Assembly (NCBI RefSeq): GCF_006345805.1
Contig: NW_021833147.1
Coordinates: forward strand, 1-29,123
DNA length: 29,123 nucleotides
Direction of reading: 5' to 3'
DNA from: Octopus sinensis
Taxonomy: Eukaryota
The position numbers and the translations under genes were made by a program. The notes under the pieces are model-generated. The model did not search any database. It had not been told where the DNA came from and worked only from the letters and a program-made list of their open reading frames with translations. Below, in pieces: positions 20,572-29,123 of this stretch (position 1 is its first letter; each line of letters begins with the position of its first letter).

Positions 20572-21123
20572 GGATGGTGTTGTTGTAGTGTTGTGGGGTG
20601 TTTTGGGGTGTTGTTAGGATAGTATTGTTGGGTATTGTTAGGATGGTGTTGTTGTAGTGTTGTGGGGTGTTTTGGGGTGTTGTTAGGATAGTATTGTTGG
20701 GTATTGTTAGGATGGTGTTGTTGTAGTGTTGTGGGGTGTTTTGGGGTGTTGTTAGGATAGTATTGTTGGGTATTGTTAGGATGGTGTTGTTGTAGTGTTG
20801 TGGGGTGTTTTGGGGTGTTGTTAGGATAGTATTGTTGGGTATTGTTAGGATGGTGTTGTTGTAGTGTTGTGGGGTGTTTTGGGGTGTTGTTAGGATAGTA
20901 TTGTTGGGTATTGTTAGGATGGTGTTGTTGTAGTGTTGTGGGGTGTTTTGGGGTGTTGTTAGGATAGTATCGTTGGGTATTGGTAGGATGGTGTTGTTGT
21001 AGTGTTGAGGGGTGTTTTGGGGTGTTGTTAGGATAGTATTGTTGGGTATTGTTAGGATGGTGTTGTTGTAGTGTTGTGGGGTGTTTTGGGGTGTTGTTAG
21101 GATAGTATTGTAGGATATTGTTA
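20572..21123. repeat. 69-bp GT-rich VNTR, 8 units
   Basis: ggatggtgttg at 20572, 20641, 20710 ... 21055; degenerate relatives at 19795-19910 and 21125-21210. Confidence 0.95.
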
Positions 21124-21554
21124 GGATAGTGTTGCAGTAGTGCTGTAGGGTGTTGTAGATGAGTGGGGAGTGAGTAGGAGAGATAGCGTTGTTAGAATGG
21201 TGTTGTGTTAATGTGGTGGTGGTGGTGGTGGGGGGGTGTTGCTTTTGTTTAGCCCTAGGTCAGTCCATCTGAGTACCTTACCTGTTTCTGATGTTGTCAT
21301 TGTTGTTGTTCCAACCAAAATTCTTGGAATACTGAAGTTCTTACCTAATCTTCTGGCAGTTTCTCAACAAATTCTCTTAGCGATTGGTGCAGGAGAGGGT
21401 GGTGGGAAGGGAGTGGAGGTTACTGTTGCTATGGTAGCTTAGTAGTGGAAAGGTGGGGTGGGTGGGGTGGGACTGGGGGTAGAGGAACCACTTTAGGATA
21501 TATTTTGAACTGTGATGCCTTTGCTGTTACCCCTCCCCCAACTCATAGGGATCT

Positions 21555-21677
21555 ATCACTTTCTATCTGTCTCCTTGTCTGTGTTTCTGTCCGTCTGTCT
21601 GTTTGTCTGTCTCTGTCCTTTTTCTGTCTGTCTGATCCTCTTTCTTTCTCTCTCCTGCTTTCTTCTCTCTCTCTCTT

Positions 21678-21712
<35 letters not shown>

Positions 21713-21890
21713 TTCTTTCCCTCTCTTTCACTCTCTCTTTCTCTCTCTCTTTCTTTCTCTCTCTCTCTTTCTCTCTCTCTCTTTCTCTCTCTCTCTTTCT
21801 CTCTCTCTCTTTCTTTCTCTCTCTCTCTCTTTCTCTCTCTTGTTCTCTCTCTTTCTCTTTCCCTTTTCTCCCTCTTCTCTCTCACCCCTG
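21555..21890. repeat. (CT)n/(CTTT)/(CTGT) polypyrimidine microsatellite
   Basis: Directly visible. Confidence 0.95.
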
Positions 21891-21909
21891 AAAGAGTAGA
21901 CAAAGGAGC

Positions 21910-21990
21910 CTCAATGCTAGAAACTGTAGCCAAATATCTTACACATCACACCCTACCATTTCCGTAAAAATAAAGAAGGGCATATTTGAT
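21910..21990 (+). mobile_element. Degraded fragment of the (CAA)n-tailed retroposon
   Basis: aatgctagaaactgtagccaaatatc...atcacaccctacc is the reverse complement of the ggctgctatttctagca / agggtgtgattt motifs seen elsewhere. Confidence 0.6.
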
Positions 21991-22074
21991 AATATAACTC
22001 ATGAAATCTCCATGAAAGACGAAAAACTATGGATTAATGTATATTTACTGGTTAGATGTGTTTAATAGAGATGT

Positions 22075-23727
22075 TGCTGGTGTTTAGCCCCAGGTCAGTC
22101 CTGATTCAGGTAGACCTATGATCAAAGATGTTCCAGCTGTGACCATCCTGTCTTTTATTCAGGCATAGTGTATCTAGGACTACATTATCTAATGTGTCCT
22201 TCCTTGTTGTTGTTTAGCCCCAGGTCAGTCCTGATCCAGACAGACCTATGATCAAAGATGTTCCATCTGTGACCATCCTGTCTTTTATTCAGGCATAGTG
22301 TATCTAGGACTACATTATCTAATGTGTCCTTCCTTGTTGTTGTTTAGCCCCAGGTCAGTCCTGATCCAGACAGACCTATGATCAAAGATGTTCCATCTGT
22401 GACCATCCCGTCTTTTATTCAGGCATGGTGTGTCTAGGACTACATTATCTAATGTATCCTCATCCTTGTTGTTTAGTCCCAGGTCAGTCCTGATCCAGCA
22501 GACCTATGATCAAAGATGTTCCAGCTGTGACCATCATGTCTTTTATTCGGACATAGTGTATCTAGGACTACATTATCTAATGTGTCCTTCCTTGTTGTTT
22601 AGCCCCAGGTCAGTCCTGATCCAGTAGACCTATGATCAAAGATGTTCCACCTGTGACCATCCTGTCTTTTATTCAGGCATAATGTATCTAGGACTACATT
22701 ATCTAACGTGCCTTCCTTGTTGTTTAGCCCTAGGTCAGTCCTGATCCAGCAGACCTATGATCAAAGATGTTCCACCGTGACCATCCATTCTTTTATTCAG
22801 GCTAGTTGTATCTAGGACTACATTATTAATGTGGTCCTTCCTTGTTGTTGTTTAGCCCCAGGTCAGTCCGATCCAGTAGACCTATGATCAAAGATGTTCC
22901 AGACTGTGACCCATCCTGTCTTTTATTCGGCATAGTGTATCTAGGACTACATATCTAATGTGTCCTTCCTTGTTGTTTAGCCTAGGTCAGTCCTGATCCA
23001 GCAGACCTATGATCAAAGATGTTCCAGCTGGGACCATCCATTCTTTTATTCAGGCATAGTGTATCTAGGACTACATATCTAATGTGTCCTTCCTTGTGGT
23101 GTTGTTTAGCCCCAGGTCAGTACCTGATCCAGCAGACCTATGATCAAAGATGTTCCAGCTGTGACCATCCATTCTTTTATTCAGGCATAGTGTATCTAGG
23201 ACTACATTATCTAATGTGTCCTTCCTTGTTGTTGTTTAGCCCCAGGTCAGTCCTGATCCAGACAGACATATGATCAAAGATGTTCCAATCTGTGACCATC
23301 CCGTCTTTATTCAGGCATAGTGTGTCTAGGAATACATTATTTATGTATCCTCATCCTTGTTGTTTAGTCCCAGGTCAGTCCTGATCCAGCAGACCTATGA
23401 TCAAAGATGTTCCAGCTGTGACCATCATGTCTTTTATTCGGACATAGTGTATCTAGGACTACATTATCTAATGTGTCCTTCCTTGTTGTTTAGCCCCAGG
23501 TCAGTCCTGATCCAGTAGACCTATGATCAAAGATGTTCCACCTGTGACCATCCATTCTTTTATTCAGGCATAGTGTATCTAGGACTACATTATCTAATGT
23601 GTCCTTCCTTGTTGTTGTTTAGCCCCAGGTCAGTCCTGATCCAGTAGACCTATGATCAAAGATGTTCCAGCTGTGACCATCATGTCTTTTATTCGGACAT
23701 AGCGTATCTAGGACTACATTATCTTTC
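22075..23727 (-). repeat. Satellite array, about 13 units of 126-130 bp, derived from the retroposon 3' end
   Basis: gtttag.cccaggtcagtcctgat at 22082, 22212, 22342, 22471, 22597 ...; reverse complement of the 16526-16995 units. Confidence 0.96.
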
Positions 23728-26700
23728 CACTCAATAGCAAGAGCCCTATATCCGTCCCCTCTATACCTCTCTGAACTGGCACAAAGTTAACCCCACTTCA
23801 ATACTACTCTCTCCACTCCCATTTGAGGGATTTTTGTCTTGCAGATATTTGATGACCCTGTTGGTGCTGGTTTCATATAAAAAGCTGACGCCATGTAAAA
23901 GGAACTGGTGATGGTGTCACAGAAAGGCACTGGTGCTGGTGTCACAAAAAGGCACTGGTGCTGTCATCACAAAAAGGCACTGGTGCTGGTGTCACAAAAA
24001 AGGCACTGGTGGTGCTGGTGTCACAAAAAAGGCACTGGTGGTGCTGGTGTCACAAAAAGGCACTGATGCTGGTGTCACAAAAAGGCACTGGTGCTGTCGT
24101 CACAAAAAGGCACTGGTGCTAGTGTCACAAAAAAGGCACTGGTGGTGCTGGTGTCACAAAAAGGCACTGGTGCTGGTGTCACCAAAAAGGCCCTGGTGGT
24201 GCTGGTGTCACAAAAAGGCACTGGTGGTGCTGTTGTCACATAAAAGGCACTGGTGGTGCTGGTGTCACAAAAAGGCACTGGTGCTGGTGTCACAGAAAGG
24301 CACTGGTGCTGTCGTCACAAAAAGGCACTGGTGCTGGTGTCACAAAAAAGGCACTGGTGCTGTGTCACAGAAAGGCACTGGTGCTGGTGTCACAAAAAGG
24401 CACTGGTGCTGGTGTCACCAAAAAGGCATGGGTGTGGTGTGTCAAAAAGGCACTGGTGGTGCTGTTGTCACATAAAAGGCACTGGTGGGGCTGGTGTCAC
24501 AAAAAGGCACTGGGCTGGTGTCCACAGAAAGGCACTGGTGCTGGTGTCACAAAAAGGCACTGGTGTGGTGTCACAAAAAGGGACACTGGTGCTGGGTGTC
24601 ACAAAAGGGCACTGGTGTGGTTTTGTCAAAGAAAGGCATGGTGCTGGTGTCACAAAAAGGCACTGGTGCTGGTTGTCACAAAAAGGCACTGGCTGGGTGT
24701 CACAAAAAGGAAATGGTGCTGGGTGTCACAGAAAGGCATGGTGCTGTCGTCACAAAAAAGGCACTGGTGCTGGTGTCACAGAAAGGCCACTGGTGCTTGT
24801 GTCACAAAAAGGCACTGGTGCTGGTGTCACAAAAAGGCATGGTGTGGTGTCACAAAAGGGCAATGGTGCTAGTTGTTCAACAAAAAGGCACTGGTGCTGG
24901 TGTCACCAAAAAGGCACTGGTGCTGGTGTCACAGAAAGGCACTGGTGCTGGGTCACAAAAAAGGCACTGGTGCTGGTGTCACAGAAGGCATGGGTTGAGG
25001 GTCAACAAAAAAAAAGGCACTGGTGCTGGTGTCACAAAAAGGCACTGGTGCTGGCGTTGTCACAGAAAGGGCACTGGTTGCTGGTGTCACAAAAGGCCAC
25101 TGGTGCTGGTGGTGTCACAAAAAGGCACTGGTGCTGGTGTCACAGAAAGGCACTGGTGCTGGTGTCACAAAAAGGCACTGGTGCTGGTGTCACAGAAAGG
25201 CACTGGTGCTGGTGTCACAAAAAGGCACTGGTGCTGGTGTCACAAAAAGGCACTGGTGCTGGTGTCACAGAAAGGCACTGGTGCTGGTGTCACAAAAAGG
25301 CACTGGTGCTGGTGTCACAAAAAGGCACTGGTGCTGGTGTCACAGAAAGGCAATGGGTGCTGGTGCTGGTGTCACAGAAAGGCACTGGGTGCTGGTGTTA
25401 CAAAGGCCTGGTTGCTGGTGTCACAAAAAGGCACTGGTGCTGGTGTCACAAAAAGGCACTGGTGCTGGTGTCACAGAAAGGCACTGGTGCTGTCGTCACA
25501 AAAAGGCACTGGTGCTGGTGTCACAAAAAAGGCACTGGTGGTGCTGGTGTCACAAAAAGGCACTGGTGGTGCTAGTGTCACAAAAAAGGCACTGGTGGTG
25601 CTGGTGTCACAAAAAGGCACTGGTGCTGGTGTCACCAAAAAGGCCCTGGTGGTGCTGGTGTCACAAAAAAGGCCCTGGTGGTGCTGGTGTCACAAAAAAG
25701 GCACTGGTGCTGGTGTCACAAAAAAGGCACTGGTGGTGCTGGTGTTACAAAAAGGCACTGGTGGTGCTGGTGTTACAAAAAGGCACTGGTGGTGCTGGTG
25801 TTACAAAAAGGCACTGGTGCTGGTGTCACAAAAAAGGCACTGGTGGTGCTGGTGTCACAGAAAGGCACTGGTGCTGGTGTCACAAAAAGGCACTGGTGCT
25901 GGTGTCACAGAAAGGCACTGGTGCTGGTGTCACAGAAAGGCACTGGTGCTGGTGTTACAAAAAGGCACTGGTGCTGGTGTCACAAAAAGGCACTGGTGCT
26001 GGTGTCACAAAAAGGCACTGGTGCTGGTGTCACAGAAAGGCACTGGTGCTGTCGTCACAAAAAGGCACTGGTGCTGGTGTCACAAAAAAGGCACTGGTGG
26101 TGCTGGTGTCACAAAAAAGGCCCTGGTGGTGCTGGTGTCACAAAAAAGGCACTGGTGCTGGTGTCACAGAAAGGCACTGGTGCTGTCGTCACAAAAAGGC
26201 ACTGGTGCTAGTGTCACAAAAAAGGCACTGGTGGTGCTGGTGTCACAAAAAGGCACTGGTGCTGGTGTCACCAAAAAGGCCCTGGTGGTGCTGGTGTCAC
26301 AAAAAAGGCCCTGGTGGTGCTGGTGTCACAAAAAAGGCACTGGTGCTGGTGTCACAAAAAAGGCACTGGTGGTGCTGGTGTTACAAAAAGGCACTGGTGG
26401 TGCTGGTGTTACAAAAAGGCACTGTGATGGTGTCACAAAAAAGGCACATGGTGGTGCTTGGGTGTCACCAAAAAGGCCCGTGGTGCTGGTGTCACAAAAA
26501 AGGCAATGGTGCTGGTGTCAAAAAAAAGGCACTGGTGGTGCTGCTGGTGTTACAAAAGGCATGGTGGTGCTGGTTGTTGTTACAAAAAGGCACTGGTGGT
26601 GCTTGTGTGTTACAAAAAGGCACTGGTGGTGCTGGTGTTACAAAAAAGGCACTGGTGCTGGTGTCACAAAAAAGGCACTGGTGGTGCTGGTGTCACAAAA

Positions 26701-27346
26701 AGGCACTGATGCTGGTGTCACAAAAAAGGCACTGTGGTGCTAGTGTCACAAAAAAAGGCAACTGGTGGTGTGGTGTCACAAAAAGGCACTGGTGCTGCTG
26801 GTGTCACCAAAAAGGCCCTGGTGGTGCTGGTGTCACAAAAAAGGCCCTGGTGGTGCTGGTGTCACAAAAAAGGCACTGGTGGTGCTGGTGTTACAAAAAG
26901 GCACTGGTGGTGCTGGTGTTACAAAAAGGCACTGGTGTTGGTGTCACAAAAAAGGCACTGGTGGTGCTGGTGTCACCAAAAAGCGCCCTGGTGGCTGGTG
27001 TGTTACAAAAAGGCACTGGTGTGTGTCACAAAAAAAGGCACTGGTGGTGCTGGTGTTACAAAAAGGCACTGGTGGTGCTGGTGTTACAAAAAGGCACTGG
27101 TGGTGCTGGTGTTACAAAAAGGCACTGGTGCTGGTGTCACAAAAAAGGCACTGGTGGTGCTGCCATGCAAAAAGTACCCAGTATACTCTGTAAAGAGGTT
27201 GGTGCTAGAAAGAGCAACCAGCTGTAGAAACCATATCAAAAGAAACAACAGAACCAGGTGAGACCCCTGGCCTTGCCAGCTCCTGTCAAACCATCAAACC
27301 AACCAACTCATATCAGCATGGAAAAGGGACCTTAAATGATGATAAT
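23728..27346 (+). mobile_element. Older RTE-type LINE 3' end inflated by an internal minisatellite
   Basis: After the array: gccatgcaaaaagtacccagtatactctgtaaagaggttggtgctagaaagagcaaccagctgtagaaacc...cagcatggaaaagggaccttaaatgatgat, colinear with 12500-12678. Confidence 0.75.
23901..27161. repeat. 25-29-bp minisatellite (ggcactggt[ggt]gctggtgtcacaaaaa), roughly 120 units
   Basis: Directly visible; source of all long ORFs at 23933-27261. Confidence 0.97.
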
Positions 27347-27439
27347 GGTATAAGACAGTAGAGTTCTTTTCCTAATATTCAAGAAAATGGGCATGGTCAC
27401 AAATGGAATCCTTTCATCATAGGCTCTCAACATCTCTAG

Positions 27440-27662
27440 CCCTTTAGCATTTAATCCAGCCATACCAGCCCAATATTTCCACCTGTTTTATGTAAAACTG
27501 TCTGGATCCAACCTCTCACACACCTACCCTACAATGTCATTTTAAAATATTTAGCCAACACCATTTAAATTTGAATAGTCACAAATAATGTGATTAATTC
27601 AAAACAGTATGAATAAATAAGCAATCGCAATAAATTTCACAAAGAAGTCTGATGCTAAAGGG
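27440..27662. mobile_element. piggyBac-type MITE
   Basis: TIRs ccctttagcat / atgctaaaggg; right flank TTAA, left flank ctag (degenerate). Confidence 0.65.
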
Positions 27663-28080
27663 TTAAATCATCCCAGATTATTAGGGATTATCTAGGACTA
27701 GGAAACACCTACCAACACTAGAGGGGCTGTGGGCAACAAAACTACAGACCCTCTTCACCCCTGTTTAATTTGTATGAGTTACCATTCTCCTGGGCAGGGT
27801 TACCTCATGTAGTTCTCCCAAAGACTATGTCTCTTCCATTGTTCTTCATCAGAATTTCTTTTTATATTTCAGTTGGAATTCCACAAGTGAAAATGCCAAG
27901 TGGAGCAACAAACTCTGCTAGTGTTTACGTCCACCCAAGCTTAGCTACCTGCTGTGATCTGGTGCCAAGATCTAACCACGCTGTCACCGACACTAAATGT
28001 GTGAACTGCAACAAACTAGAGGTCAGTAGAGTGCTTTTTCTGTATCATACCCAGTTTTACTTTCACTTTCACAATATCTG

Positions 28081-28696
28081 TTTCTTTATTCCCCACAAGG
28101 GGCTAAACATAGAGAAGTGGAGGCGCAATGGCCCAGTGGACTCGCGGTTGTAGGATCGCGGTTTCGATTCCCAGACCGGGCATTGTGAGTGTTTATTGAG
28201 CGAAAACACGTAAAAGCTCCACGAGGCTCCGGCAGGGGATGGTGGTGATCCCTGCTGTACTCTTTCACCACAACTTTCTCTCACTCTTACTTCCTGTTTT
28301 TGTTGTACCTGTATTTCAAAGGGCCGGCCTTGTCACTCTCTGTGTCACGCTGAATATCCCGAGAACTACGTTAAGGGTACACGTGTCTGTGGAGTGCTCA
28401 GCCACTTACACGTTAATTTCATGAGCAGGCTGTTCTGTTGATCGGATCAACTGGAACCCTCGTCATCGTAACCGACGGAGTGCTTCCAAAAACATAGAGG
28501 GGACAAACAAGGATAGACAAACGGATTAAGTCGATTACATCGACCCCAGTGCGTAACTGGCACTTAATTTATCAACCCCGAAAGGATGAAAGGCAAAGTC
28601 GACCTCGGCGGAATTTGAACTCATAACGTAATGGCAGATGACATACCGCTAAGCATTTCGCCCGGGGCGCTAACAATTCTGCCAGCTTGCCGCCTT
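28081..28696 (-). mobile_element. Full-length SINE family B split by a SINE-C insertion
   Basis: Tail at 28081-28114; the remainder at 28500-28696 ends gccagcttgccgcct. Confidence 0.93.
28115..28489 (+). mobile_element. SINE family C (variant 2) with 10-bp TSD
   Basis: TSD aaacatagag at 28105-28114 and 28490-28499; head colinear with 6574-6768. Confidence 0.92.
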
Positions 28697-28791
28697 CATA
28701 ATATCATTCCCTGAAGAGGCTTATAAAGGGATGTAACCTTGTTTCATTATTGATCTCAGGGATATAAGGGGGATGTAACTAAATCAGTTGT

Positions 28792-28960
28792 CATTGTTTA
28801 ACTCCAGTTGAGCCTTCATTGAATAGCCCCTTAATCAAAGTCCAATCCAACAATGACTGACACTATCAATTTCTTGTTTTATGTCAGGTTACATTATCCA
28901 ATTTGCCTTTCTCTTTTTGAAGACAGTAAAATATGATTTTCAGATATGGCAGCTATTTCT
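28792..28960 (-). mobile_element. Degraded copy of the (CAA)n-tailed retroposon 3' end
   Basis: ttgtttaactccag...ttacattatccaat...gaagacagtaaaatatgattt...ggcagctatttctag is colinear with the satellite unit and its upstream motif. Confidence 0.6.
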
Positions 28961-29123
28961 AGTAGAATAAATGTCGGGTAGCCAAGTGTCTCCTCTTCAG
29001 CAAAACACCTGTGCTTGTCCATCTAGTTCCTTCTCGACACCAGGCTGGTGTCACGAATGGAATCCAGCCACAGAAGCTTTTCCAAAGCAGACAATGGAGC
29101 ATGATGTAGCCCTGCATCTCACC

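Noticed and set aside
22075-23727. CRISPR-like appearance of the regular arrays (also 10384-11643 and 20572-21123)
   Set aside because: Whole units repeat with no unique spacers, there are no cas genes, and the context is eukaryotic.
23933-27261. Overlapping 440-, 752- and 734-aa ORFs
   Set aside because: All three + frames are open and cycle the same peptides (KRHWCWCH / KALVLVSQ / KGTGAGVT), as expected for a stop-free 25-bp minisatellite.

Overview
Repeat-saturated eukaryotic DNA, most likely an intron or intergenic stretch of an octopus (cephalopod) genome. That assignment is an inference from the very dense microsatellites and from SINE/LINE families I recognise from Octopus. I can support no intact host gene: every long ORF lies in a simple or tandem repeat. 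The window holds about 20 tRNA-derived SINE copies or fragments from three families, labelled A, B and C here because I cannot reliably map them to the published OK/OR1/OR2 names. It also holds fossil RTE and Tx1-like LINE ends, two Tc1/mariner transposase fossils, and hAT-type, piggyBac-type and unclassified MITEs. Most notable: (i) four minimal type I hammerhead-ribozyme-like motifs in Penelope-like remnants, one with an intact catalytic core (19204-19256); (ii) SINE family B shares its 3' terminal ~50 nt with a Tx1-like LINE in the same window, suggesting a SINE-Tx1 partnership; (iii) three independent tandem arrays that grew from transposon ends; (iv) one SINE head carrying two different 3' halves, each copy bounded by its own target-site duplication (TSD). 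Coordinates of degenerate elements are approximate, and all alignments were done by eye.
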